Source: an uncultured delta proteobacterium (GTDB taxonomy: Bacteria > Desulfobacterota > Binatia > JACPRU01). From it: a stretch of DNA of 64,000 bases. Positions 19,110-29,476 of the stretch are shown one piece after another. Under the pieces are notes generated by a model. It did not search any database. It was given only the letters and a program-made list of their open reading frames with translations, and was not told where the DNA came from. Location of the stretch: the NCBI GenBank assembly GCA_963745025.1, contig CAVUWD010000010.1, forward strand, positions 128,001-192,000. The letters run 5' to 3'. Numbering within the stretch: the first letter of the stretch is position 1; each line of letters begins with the position of its first letter. The translations under genes were made by a program, and so were the position numbers.

Positions 19110-19125
19110 TGGCACACCAAATGCT
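19110..19125 (+). promoter_or_regulatory. Sigma-54 -24/-12 promoter candidate
   Basis: TGGCACACCAAATGCT (GG-N10-GC) just upstream of the tetraheme/FeS/NrfD operon. Confidence 0.55.
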
Positions 19126-19138
19126 CGCGGGGATTGCC

Positions 19139-19860
19139 GTGTCGCTACGCAAGTACGGTTTCTATCTGGGTCTCGGCTTGTTCATGGGCATTTCGCTGGC
19201 GATCCTCGCTTTCGAACTCTCGGGCCGGAGGGGATCGGCGATGGAGAAGACGCCGGCCGCCATGCCGCGCACTCCCGGCGATTTCCGTTCGCTCTTCGCC
19301 TTCAACCCCTTGAAGGGCCTGGGAGAGGGTAGCGGCGACGTCCACGCCAAGATGCCGCCGTTCAGCGAAGGCACTTGGCCCTGTTCGGATTGCCACAATG
19401 GCAAGAAGCTGAAGGACAATCCGATCCGGCGCGTTCTGGTGAAAGAACACTCGGGCATCACGCTCCACCACGGTGAAGAAGATGAGAGTCTGTGGTGCCT
19501 CGATTGTCACGATTTCAAGAACCGGGATCGGCTCCGTCTGGCGGGCGGTACGCTCGTCGAATTTGAGGAGTCCGATCGCCTCTGCGGCCAATGCCACGGA
19601 CGGATCCACCGCGACTGGAAAGCGGGGGTTCACGGGCAGCGCACCGGCTTCTGGAACGGCCCAAGCGCTACCTCCTGTGCCTGAACTGTCACTGGCCGCA
19701 CTCGCCGCGCTTCGACGCCCTCGAGCCGCTGCCGCCGCCCGTGCGTCCCGAGCAGATCGGGCTCGGGCTCTTGCGGGCGAAGGCCGGCGGGGTCGAGCGC
19801 CCCGCCGATGCCCCAGCCGCCAGCGAAGGAGCAAAGACCGCCGAAGGAGCCAAGCAATGA
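19139..19860 (+). CDS. Membrane-anchored tetraheme cytochrome c (CbcS-like); frameshift at ~19662
   Basis: TM helix, CSDCH, CLDCH, CGQCH, RDWKAGVHGQRTGFWNG, then in the next frame KRYLLCLNCHWPHSPRF; start uncertain. Confidence 0.8.
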
Positions 19861-20759
19861 GCGAGCAGGACGGCGCGGAGGGAATCAGCCGGCGGGAGGC
19901 CCTCACTTTGGGCACGGCCACGCTCGCGGCGCTGTTCGTTTCGGCGTGCACCGGCGAGTCGATCGAGGCGTTCTTCCAGAAGCGGTTCGACGAGCTGTCT
20001 CCTGACGAGGTCAAGAGAGTGCTGGCGCGGCTCGAAGCCAGGTACACTCAGCGCTTCGGCAAGAAGGTCACGGTCGATGACACGCCGGCGGAGGAGGGCG
20101 TGGTCTTCGGGTACGGGCTGGACCTCTCCCGCTGCATCGGTTGCCGGCGCTGCGTGTACGCGTGCGTCAACGAGAACAACCAATCGCGAGACCCGCAGAT
20201 CCAATGGATCCGGGTGCTCCGGCAGCAGCGCGAAAAGGGCGTCGTCATCGAAGGAGCCGAGCAGTATTACGACGCCAAGAAGGTGCCGGAAGAGGGCTTC
20301 TTCTACATCCCGGTGCAGTGTCAGCAATGTGAAAATCCCCCCTGCACCAGGGTCTGCCCCGTCGGCGCCACGTGGAAGGAAAAGGACGGAATCGTCGTCA
20401 TCGACTACGACTGGTGCATCGGTTGCCGATGCTGCGTCGCCGCGTGCCCGTACGGGGCGCGTCACATGAACTGGGGCGACCCGTTCCTCCCCGCCAAAGA
20501 GCTGAACCCGAACACCCATTACCTCGGCAATCGCCCGCGCCCTCGGGGCGTCGTCGAGAAGTGCACGTTCTGCATCCAGCGCGTCCGCAAAGGACGCTAT
20601 CCGGCGTGCGTGGAGATCTGCCCGGTCGGCGCCCGCAAGTTCGGGAACCTGCTCGACCCGAAGAGCGAGATCCGATACCTGCTCGAGCACAAGCGGGTCC
20701 TCGTGTTGAAAGCCGAGCTCAAGACCGAGCCGAAGTTCTTCTACTTCTACGGGATCTGA
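19857..20759 (+). CDS. 4Fe-4S dicluster protein, NrfC/DmsB family (CbcT-like)
   Basis: Tat-like SRREAL; CIGCRRC, CQQCENPPCTRVCP, CIGCRCCVAACP, CTFC..CVEICP. Confidence 0.92.
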   Translation: MSEQDGAEGISRREALTLGTATLAALFVSACTGESIEAFFQKRFDELSPDEVKRVLARLEARYTQRFGKKVTVDDTPAEEGVVFGYGLDLSRCIGCRRCVYACVNENNQSRDPQIQWIRVLRQQREKGVVIEGAEQYYDAKKVPEEGFFYIPVQCQQCENPPCTRVCPVGATWKEKDGIVVIDYDWCIGCRCCVAACPYGARHMNWGDPFLPAKELNPNTHYLGNRPRPRGVVEKCTFCIQRVRKGRYPACVEICPVGARKFGNLLDPKSEIRYLLEHKRVLVLKAELKTEPKFFYFYGI

Positions 20760-20780
20760 CGCGGCGATAGGGACAAAATC

Positions 20781-22037
20781 GTGAACCAATTCCGCTTCCT
20801 CGTTCAGGCGCTCCGCTACGCATTTCGCGGCGGGCTGTTCTATTACCTCTGGCTCGCATTTCTCGTCGCTCTGGTGGCGTGGGGTGGCGCTGCCTATCTC
20901 GAGCAGCTGAGGCGCGGGCTGATCGTCACGGCGATGCGCGACCAGGCGTCGTGGGCGTACTACATCGGCAACTTCACGTTCCTCGACGGCGTGGCGGCCT
21001 CGGCGGTGATCGTCGTGATCCCTGCGTTCATCTACGACTGGAAGCCGATCAAGGAGGTCGCGATCCTCGCGGAGATCCTGGCGATCAGCGCCATCGTGAT
21101 GTCCTTGCTCTTCGTCATCGTGGACCTGGGTCGGCCCGACCAGCTGTGGCACTTCTACAAGCTCAACGTTCCCTCGTCCCTGCTCGCCTGGGACGTCTGC
21201 GTCCAAAACTTCTATTTCATGGTGAACATCGTCATCGTCGCGTACGTGCTCTATCGCACCTATAACGGCCGGCACGTCCGCGAGGGTTTCTTCGTGCCCC
21301 TGGTGCTGCTCTCGATCCCGGCCGCGATCGCGATCGTCGCGGTCACCGCCTTCATCTACAACGGACTTGCCGCACGTCCGTTCTGGAATGCATCGATTCT
21401 GGCCCCCCGATTCATCGCGAGCGCTTTCTGCTCCGGCCCGGCGATCCTCCTGATCCTCTTCCAGATCCTTCAGCGCACGACCAAGCTCGAGATCAAGGAC
21501 GAGGCCATCTGGAAAATCGCCGAGCTCATGGCCTACGCCATGTTCGTGAACCTCTTCCTGCTCGGTGCCGAGGTCTTCAAGGAGGTCTACTCGAGGACCG
21601 AGCACATGATTCACTTCAACTACCTCTTCTGGGGCATCGGCGGTCATCGGGCTCTCGTCCCCTACGCGTGGGCAGCAGTCGCGGCGAGCGCGACCGCTTT
21701 TGTCCTCCTGCTGATCCCGGCGACCCGCACGAACCCGTTCACCCTGAACCTCGGGTGCCTGTTGATCTACTCGGGGGTCTACATCGAGAAGGGAATGGGG
21801 CTCGTGATCCCCGGCCTCACTCCGGACACGCTCGGCGAGATCTACGAGTACGTGCCGACGTGGTACGAGGTGCGGATCGGTGCGGGCATCTTCGCGATCG
21901 GATTCCTCGTCTACACGATCATCACCAAGATCGCCGTCGGAATCCTGATCGGAGAGCTGCGCACCGAAGCGGCGCGCGCCGCCGAGATCGCGGAAGCGGC
22001 CGGCCGTCGCCTGAAGCCCTCGCTGCACTCGGTCTGA
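20781..22037 (+). CDS. NrfD/PsrC family quinol-binding membrane subunit (CbcU-like)
   Basis: WAYYIGNFTF, VDLGRPD, SLLAWD, RPFWNAS, IEKGMGLVIPG, YVPT. Confidence 0.92.
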   Translation: MNQFRFLVQALRYAFRGGLFYYLWLAFLVALVAWGGAAYLEQLRRGLIVTAMRDQASWAYYIGNFTFLDGVAASAVIVVIPAFIYDWKPIKEVAILAEILAISAIVMSLLFVIVDLGRPDQLWHFYKLNVPSSLLAWDVCVQNFYFMVNIVIVAYVLYRTYNGRHVREGFFVPLVLLSIPAAIAIVAVTAFIYNGLAARPFWNASILAPRFIASAFCSGPAILLILFQILQRTTKLEIKDEAIWKIAELMAYAMFVNLFLLGAEVFKEVYSRTEHMIHFNYLFWGIGGHRALVPYAWAAVAASATAFVLLLIPATRTNPFTLNLGCLLIYSGVYIEKGMGLVIPGLTPDTLGEIYEYVPTWYEVRIGAGIFAIGFLVYTIITKIAVGILIGELRTEAARAAEIAEAAGRRLKPSLHSV

Positions 22038-22689
22038 AGCGCCCTGACGATCGCTGGCACTGGCATAGTTCGTGGTTATGTAGCTGAGTCGGAGGGTGTT
22101 CTTCGAAGCGGGAGTCGATCGATCACCGAGGTTTATGATCTTTTCCTTCTGTCCCTATCGTCTAGTGGCCCAGGACGCCATTTCATGGCTTCGGCAGGCG
22201 CGTGAATTCCGGTTTCCGGGAACGATTTTTGCGGCCGAGGCCTGCTCACAGTGGAGACCGAGGTTCAAATCCTCGTAGGGACATAATCGAGTGGTGAGAT
22301 GTAAAGCCGTCTGCGAGTTTTCGCTCTAAGATGTCGATAATACTGCTGTTTTTGCCACGAGGCTCGTCTTGGCGGGGAGAGGGATTTTGCTCTGTATTAG
22401 GTAATAGTAAGCGGTGCTACTGCGCCGCCGCTGTGCGTCCGCCGATTATCGTCGATCTGCCAGCAAGCGCAGTGTACAAGGCGGGCGGTTCCTAGAGTTG
22501 GGAAACTTATTCGAAAATTTTCTAAAATTTGAAAAACTAATGCTACTTGCTTTCTAGCTCATAATGAGTGAAATCTCATATTTCTCAGGTGAATTCCTCT
22601 TGCCGCCATGCCGGAGTTACGGACCCGCCGATCGATTCGTCGGAAGGTATAATTTTTGCTCTCTTTTTTCCCAGACGGAGGAGCCATCG

Positions 22690-25600
22690 ATGATAGCGAG
22701 AACGAAGACCCGGTCGGTGAAAGCCCCGCTCGTGACCGCACTGACCGTCTTGGTCATGCTCCTGGCCACTGGTCCGGTGGGCGCCTTGTACCCGCCCAAC
22801 GGCGCGAAGCCGACTGGGGACTCCGCTGATCCTTACATGAACCCGGATGACGGCATGTGCGTCGTCGGCGTCGCAGCCGACGGCACGATGCGCGTCGATT
22901 GGTCGATCACGAACGCGCGGGATTGCGTTGCGTATACGACCGGGCTCGGCACGATGACGGGGGTCGACATCACCACTTCGAGCACCTGCGGTGCTCTCGG
23001 AACCGGGTTGTGCAACACCTCGGCACTTTGCACTCGACCGAACGGAAGCGCGGTCTGGAATGCCGCGGCATTGAAGTGTTTCGATGTCTCTAGCTGCCTG
23101 AGCGCGGGCGCCGACAACGCGACCTGCACGGCAGCCGGTGTACCGTTGCCGTGCTGTACCGGCAACGGGACCGGAACGTGCGGCGTGAACGACGGCTACA
23201 GGCACGCCTTCGCCACGACCAACACGTGCGTCAACGCTGCCGACCCCACGACCGCCATCAGCCTGGTGGATCTCGACCGCACGCTGCCCATGTGCCAATC
23301 CAAGGGCGGGACGACGCTGTCGCCGATCCCAGGGACGTGCGTGGCGTACGGCTGGGTGTACAGGAACAGGAACGCCGATGGCCCCCCCCCGACGCTCCCG
23401 GTTACGGGGGTTGGCGTCGGACACGACCGACGGCGTGCAGGCCAGCGCCGGTCTGGGCTTTTGTTACACGGCGATTCGAATGACCGGAGGTGGCTATACT
23501 CCGCCTAGCCCCATTACCCCCACCTCCTGTCCATCCTGGCACAACAGTCCGACCGGCAACGCGGCCGAGTGGCCCGCTTGCCAGAGTAGCACCACGGGAT
23601 GCCAGACCCCGCAGTCGTACGATGCCGGCCTGGGTTGGTCATTCTCGACCCCCAATTGCGTGTATAACTTCGGCATACTGGGCACCCAAAATGCAAACGT
23701 AACCAACGCCGCTGGTGTAGTGACCCCAGCGGGTACACTTGTGGATCTCACCGGCATCGACAACCAAGGCGATTGTCTCGCAGCAGGCTATTCCTGGGAC
23801 AACTGGCTCCCCTTCCCTGGCCCGACAGGCATCAGGACCAGTGCCAGTGGAGGAGATTACGCCGGGATGCCCCCAGGTCCGCCCGCCGCCCAGATCGTGA
23901 AATTCGATGCGCTCACTCCGATCGAAGGCGGCGGGGGCGAATTCTTCAGCGGCACCGGCTTCAACTGTCTGAGGTGCCATGCCGATCAGTCGAGGGCGTT
24001 CCAGGAGCGGAACAAGCCCGGCTTCGTCAAGACGAGGCACCAGAAGGCCGGCGACGCGATCGGCAAGCCGTTCCAGCCCTTTTTCAACGATGCCGACTCG
24101 TCTTGGGGGCTGCAGGGCGTTCAGTGTACAATGTGCCATAGCACCGCGAGGCCTTCGCAGGACGACTTGATTCAGGTTGTCCCCGCGGGAGTGGTTGGCC
24201 CGCCTGCCGCTGGCGCCCCCAAGAGCGCCACGGGCCACAACCAGACCGAATACGGGGCGCACTTGCTCGACATCTGCTACACGTGCCACGGCACCCCGGC
24301 TCAACCCCCCCTCGACCCAACAATCGTAAACCCGGCGGAGCACATCCCGGTGTCCAATGGGGACTTCAGATTGACATTGAATAATCCCGGACCGGCGACC
24401 TCCAATCTTTTCAATAACATACCGCCGCTACCAGTACCGCCAAACGTGGGGGGGCTGGCGCCAATCATGAACCAGTTCCTGAACAGCCCGCATGCACAGT
24501 ACGCGGGCTCGAGCCTCAAGGTCGACATCGGGAACAAGGACAACTACGGTAGCACCTTCGAGGGCTATGTCTGCCGGACGAGCAGTACTGTCGGCGGAGG
24601 CTCCATCATCACCACGGTCTACAGGAACGGCGTGGCGGAGAAGATTCCGAACGTCGACAGCACGGACAACCCGGCTTGCACGAACGCGGCCGACGGGTCG
24701 GCGACGAGCGGCGCCGGCGGCTTCTGGGTGAAGGACGGCGAAACTAGCCCAGGTGTTCCCACCGATACTGCGCAGGGCAACTGCATGACCTGCCACGACG
24801 TCCACTGGGCGCTGGCTTCCACCGATAAGGACAAGCCCTGCATTCAATCCAGAGGGCGAGCCGTTCCGGAGAGAATGCACCACCTGCCACGTGAACCCCG
24901 GAACGTCGGCGTCGGGCGCGCCGCAGATCGACCTGGCGACGATCAACCACCTGAAGACGGCGGGCACGCCACTCGAGAATTGGGCGACCGATCCCGACTC
25001 AGCGTGCGAGACCTGCCACATGCCGAAATCAGGCGGTGAGTCGAGTAACACCTCGCCCATGCACCTCTGGCGGATCAATACCGACCCGAATTACCACACG
25101 ATGGGAGCCACGGAGGCCAACCCGCGCCCGATCGGGGAAGGCTACACCGACGCGGCGTGGGTGGACATCGAGCACGCGTGCGGTCAGTGCCACGGAACCG
25201 ACGGGAATCGACGGCGCGATATCTGCACGTGGACTGCGCGCCCCCTCGTAGCACGGAAGTGCTGGCGACGGTCGCGAAGGGCATGCATAGCGCCACGGCC
25301 GTTTCGTACTTCGTGAACTTCAACATCGGCCCGGTCAGTGGACTGCAAGTCCCCGTCACCGCCACCGTCGACTGCGGCGGGGCGACGTGCCCGAGCTTCA
25401 CGTACGACTGGGACTGGGGAGACGGCACGCAGGCGCTGGGCGCTACCGCGAGCGAGACCCACACGTACGCGAGCGGAGGATCGAAATCGATCACGTTGAC
25501 CGTGCTATTGAACGGCAGTAGTGTGGGTTCCGCTACCCGGAGCGTCAGGTTGTTCAATCCGGATCTCCCCCCGACCGCCCTGGGCCACTGCAGGTACCGT

Positions 25601-25864
25601 GCGGACAGGCGGCAGATGAAGCTCGTGGACAAGTCCACTGACGACGGCCCGGACGCGGATACCCTTCCGGGCGACGGCGAGGCCACCCTGCAGATCGTCG
25701 TCGATTGGGGCGACGGCAGCACGAAGACGATCACCAAGCAGGGCGCGATCGTGAAGCATATCTATCTGCTCCCGGGAACCTACACGGTCACCCACACCGC
25801 GATCGACGCGAAGCTGCAAAAGGACGTGAGGCACTGCAACCCGACCACCGTCACTGGACCGTGA
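22690..25864 (+). CDS. Large secreted heptaheme cytochrome c with Cys-rich N-terminus and C-terminal PKD domains; split by about three frameshifts (~23420, ~24836, ~25220)
   Basis: GGAGGAG RBS and signal peptide; CLRCH, CTMCH, CYTCH, CMTCH, CTTCH, CETCH, CGQCH across frames; YDWDWGDG and VDWGDGS PKD motifs. Confidence 0.8.
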
Positions 25865-25928
25865 GCTTTGCTCTGACAAGCAGATGAACGAAATGCGAAT
25901 AACGAAGGCCTACGGAGGGAGAATCGAG

Positions 25929-26732
25929 ATGAAAGCGTTCAAACCAAGCGCGGCGCTGGCAGTGCTGGTCATCGTAGGCTGGGTGTCCCAGGTTCCCTCC
26001 GCCCTAGCCTACACCGGAACGTACGTGCCGGGTGTGGGAATCAACGAAACGCCGCACGACCTCGGCCACCCGCACAATGGAATGAACTACGTTGCGGTGC
26101 CGACAGATCCGCAGCAGAGAATCTGCATCTTCTGTCACGCGCCGCACAATACGTACAGGATCGCCGGGACGCCGGGTAACGGCCCGGTAGCCCCTGCGGC
26201 CTTCAACTACCTGCCGCTGTGGAACCACACGCTGCAGGCGAACACCGCATACATGATGTACGACGCCGGGCCCGGCGCGCCGACGGTCGGACCGAAGCGC
26301 ACGAATGCCAAGGACGTCGGCATGACCCCCGGCAGCGTCTCGCTCCTCTGCCTGAGCTGTCATGACGGAAGCGTCGCTGTGAATTCCTGGGGCAATACCA
26401 GTCAGGCGACGCAATCGGTCGGTAATACGTTCATGACTTTGGCATACCAGATCGGTACGAGTCAGTCCCTGATCAACCACCATCCGATCGGGTTCAACTA
26501 CAACGCGGTGCAGGCGGGAGACATCGAGATCCGCGACGCGAGCACCGTGCAGCTGACGGTGGATACGTTCGTCAGCGACCACCTCTACAACCAAAACCTC
26601 GAGTGTGGCACTTGCCATTCGGTGCACAACAAGGGGAACACGGGCGAGAAGCTGCTGTGGAGGAGTGACCAGCGCAGCGAGCTCTGCTTGACCTGCCACG
26701 ACAAGGGTTTCTACACCCCGCCGGCAGGGTAA
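25929..26732 (+). CDS. OmcE-like tetraheme cytochrome c
   Basis: Signal peptide; TPHDL, ICIFCHAPHN, PLWNH, SLLCLSCHDG, HHPIGF, LECGTCHSVH, LCLTCH: motif order of Geobacter OmcE as recalled. Confidence 0.85.
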   Translation: MKAFKPSAALAVLVIVGWVSQVPSALAYTGTYVPGVGINETPHDLGHPHNGMNYVAVPTDPQQRICIFCHAPHNTYRIAGTPGNGPVAPAAFNYLPLWNHTLQANTAYMMYDAGPGAPTVGPKRTNAKDVGMTPGSVSLLCLSCHDGSVAVNSWGNTSQATQSVGNTFMTLAYQIGTSQSLINHHPIGFNYNAVQAGDIEIRDASTVQLTVDTFVSDHLYNQNLECGTCHSVHNKGNTGEKLLWRSDQRSELCLTCHDKGFYTPPAG

Positions 26733-26739
26733 GGCGTAC

Positions 26740-26913
26740 TCGAGCAGCTGCCGGCCGATCGTCCGGAGCTGCAGGTTCGCCGTCCCCTCGTGGATCTGCC
26801 GCGACCCTCGATGTCTTTCCCACCCGCCGTGGCCCGGTCAGCACGACGGACGGAAAGCTCCGCGCCGCCAGCATGACGGCCCGTTCCAGTTCGCGACGGA
26901 GGTAGCGCATCAA
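26740..26913 (-). pseudogene. N-terminal fragment of an AAA_14/DUF4143-type ATPase
   Basis: MRYLRRELE..FPSVVLTGPRRVGKT Walker A, after which similarity is lost. Confidence 0.55.
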
Positions 26914-26951
26914 TGAGTTTTCGAAAGTATCGGTTTAGATTTCTCAAGTCC

Positions 26952-27035
26952 TAAGCTCGAGCCGGAATTCGCGCGGGTGGTGTTGGCGTCGGGGGCCCGC
27001 GCCGCGCGCAGCGAATGCGGGGCGAAGTCCCGGGC
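26952..27035. repeat. Partial copy of MITE-like element A
   Basis: TAAGCTCGAGCCGGAATTCGCGCGGGTGG..GCGCAGCGAAT..GCGAAGTC aligns with the reverse complement of 17252-17336. Confidence 0.7.
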
Positions 27036-27039
27036 TACT

Positions 27040-27837
27040 TCAGCCCGCCAAGGTCTCCGGCGGCGGCCCGCCGTCGACGACGATCGTCTCGCCCGTCATC
27101 CAGGACGAGGCGTCGGAGGCCAGGAAGATGCACGGGTAGGCGATCTCCTCCACCCGTCCCCACCGGCCCATGCCCACCCGGGAGGCCACCGCCTTGTAGG
27201 TCTTCTCGGCGTCCGGGTCCGACTTCTTGAGGACATCCAGGAAGCCTTCGGTCTCGACAGGCCCCGGGGCAACGCAGTTCACGCGGATGCCCTGGCGCGC
27301 CCAGGCCGTGCCCAGCTCGCGGGTGAGCATGACGACGCCGCTCTTGGCGGCGCCGTAGTGAGACATCATGGTGGAGCCGTAGACGCCGGCGGTCGACGAG
27401 ATGTTGATGATCACGCCGCCCGCCGGCTGCTGCGCCATCATCTGCTTCGCCGCCCACTTGCAACCCAGGAAGACGCCGGTCAAGTTGATGCCCACCACCG
27501 TGTTCCAGCCGTTGATCGAGATGTTCTCGGGCCTGGCTTCGAATGACGCGCCGGCGTTGTTGACCATGATGTCGAGCCGCCCCCACCGGGCGGCGGTTGC
27601 CTCGACCATGGCCTTGACCTGCTCCTCCTGGCGCACGTCGACCGCCGTGGCGAAGGACCGCTTGCCGAGATCCTGGATGGCCTTCACCACCGGCTCCAGG
27701 TGCTCGATCTTCCTGCTGCAGATGGCGACGTCGGCCCCGGCGCGGGCGAACTCGATCGCGATCGACTCGCCGATGCCGGTGCCGCCTCCGGTGACGATCG
27801 CGGCCTTACCTTGGAGAGAAAACGGAGTCTTGGTCAT
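27040..27837 (-). CDS. SDR family NAD(P)-dependent oxidoreductase
   Basis: TGGGTGIG, NNAG, YGAAK, IRVNCVAPG. Confidence 0.93.
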   Translation of the reverse strand: MTKTPFSLQGKAAIVTGGGTGIGESIAIEFARAGADVAICSRKIEHLEPVVKAIQDLGKRSFATAVDVRQEEQVKAMVEATAARWGRLDIMVNNAGASFEARPENISINGWNTVVGINLTGVFLGCKWAAKQMMAQQPAGGVIINISSTAGVYGSTMMSHYGAAKSGVVMLTRELGTAWARQGIRVNCVAPGPVETEGFLDVLKKSDPDAEKTYKAVASRVGMGRWGRVEEIAYPCIFLASDASSWMTGETIVVDGGPPPETLAG

Positions 27838-27931
27838 TCATCACCCGGACGCTAGCCAAGCGAGCGTCAGCGCTGGGTCGAATCGAGGTTCGTCGAGCGC
27901 GCGCCCGGCCCCTCGCCAGGACCCTCGACTT

Positions 27932-28440
27932 TCACTTCGACGGAGCGCTCTCCTCCTCGATCACCGGGATGGTGGAGGCGAGGTCGTAGCGCATGACGGC
28001 ATCTATCTTGTTCTCGATCTGATAGAAGCGAGCCACCTTGCGCCCGGGCAGGCTCTTGGCGAACTCCTCGACGTAGGAGCGGCGCACCTTGACGCGGTCC
28101 GCCTCGATGGCCAGGTAGTCGTCGACGAGCTTCATGGCCTTGTCGTCGGCGAGGTCGCGAAAATGTCGCGCCGTAGTCCTGGATCACTCCGACCAGCCGA
28201 TCGCCGATTGCGTTGAGGTCCTTCTGGTAGCGATCGTAGACCGGCCAGAACTTCGCGGCCTCGTCGTCGGTCAGCTTGAGGTTCACCGCGACCAGCGCCT
28301 TGCGGTTGGCGCGAATGGCGTTGATCAGGACATCCAGGTTGGCCTGCGCCGCCTCGCCGCGAGGCTGCGCAGCGCGGCACGGCGGCGGCGGAAAGGCCGA
28401 GGATCAAGGCGGAGGCGAGCAAGAGGCGTATCTTCGACAT
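27932..28440 (-). CDS. Exported helical hypothetical protein (two frameshifts)
   Basis: Signal peptide MSKIRLLLA, then LKLTDDEAAKFWPVYDRYQ and KVARFYQIENKIDA in different frames. Confidence 0.6.
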
Positions 28441-28490
28441 GGTGTTGGCTCCCTTCTTCATCGGCATCGTTCTGGGCGGCGATGGTTTCT

Positions 28491-29050
28491 CTAATCGGAG
28501 AGTCTTCGTGATCTTCGAGCCCTGAATGCCGATGCCGGCCATCAGGCCCTTCTGATCTGAAGATGAAGGCGTAGACGTCCTGCGTGAGCGTCGTGGTGGT
28601 CATCGACTTACCCGCTCCCGTGTCGACGACGACGATGCTCGGACCGACTCCGACCTCCCAGCCGCCGCTCTTGTCGAGATAGGCGAGGGCGGCGTCGTTC
28701 ATGAAGAACAGCGCGTAACCGAATACCTGTACTCCGGCCTGCAGGCCGTAGGACGCCGCCACCGAGTTGTAGTAGCCGGCGATCTTGCCCTTCTTCGTGA
28801 GGACCCCGTCGCCCATCTGACCGCCGAACATGAAGCCCGCCTTGACGATGTTCGGAAAGACGAGGATGCCCTTGGCCTTCCCGCCGAGCAATTTCGCCAT
28901 GCTGTTTGTCGCGTAGAGGTCCTTCAACGCCCGATTGGCGTCCCGCACGAGCTGGTCCCGGCTGCCCGCCAGGGCGAGCGGCGCATTCAGCGACGCCACG
29001 ATCGCCGCGAGCAGGAGGATGGCCGCCTGCATTCGCATCCGTTTCATCAT
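28491..29050 (-). CDS. Ysc84/SYLF lipid-binding domain protein (frameshift near C-terminus)
   Basis: AKGILVFPNIVKAGFMFGG, SYGLQAG, DVYAFIF..GLMAGIGIQGSKITK. Confidence 0.8.
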
Positions 29051-29476
29051 GTTCCTTCTCCTCTAGTCACGTCGGTGAGCGCGCTCCGCGCTCGATTCGA
29101 GCCAGGAGGTTCCCCGACTCTCATGGGACGGCGCCCTATCGGGTTGAGATGGCAGCGAGCGCGAGTCGATCAGGCATTCGGCTCATCGATCGGATCGCGA
29201 TTTTTCTTCCCGCATGCCCCCTTGCAACACCCGTCTTGTCGATCCCTGTTGCGGACCGTGACACGAAAATTACAGCGCATCAAGCGGAGCGGCACCCGAA
29301 GGCGTCGGCATCGAGTAGGCCGAAACCGGCCATTCGTTCGTCTCGAGCGACGGCCGTCTTCGCGCGGCGGCGCAGCGCGAAGGGTTCGTCGCCGTCGGTT
29401 GAGAGGAGGAGAGGGCGCAACGTCCCCTGCGGACTAGACTAGATCCGCTGAAGCGCTGAGCGGATACTGTCGGCCC

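Noticed and set aside
19689-22028. 779-aa antisense ORF and many other long overlapping ORFs (e.g. 1624-3468, 39861-41585, 61591-63165)
   Set aside because: High-GC shadow frames opposite well-supported genes, with low-complexity Arg/Ala-rich translations
22061-22076. Sigma-54 promoter TGGCATAGTTCGTGGT
   Set aside because: The -12 position is GG rather than GC, and it is far from the next start
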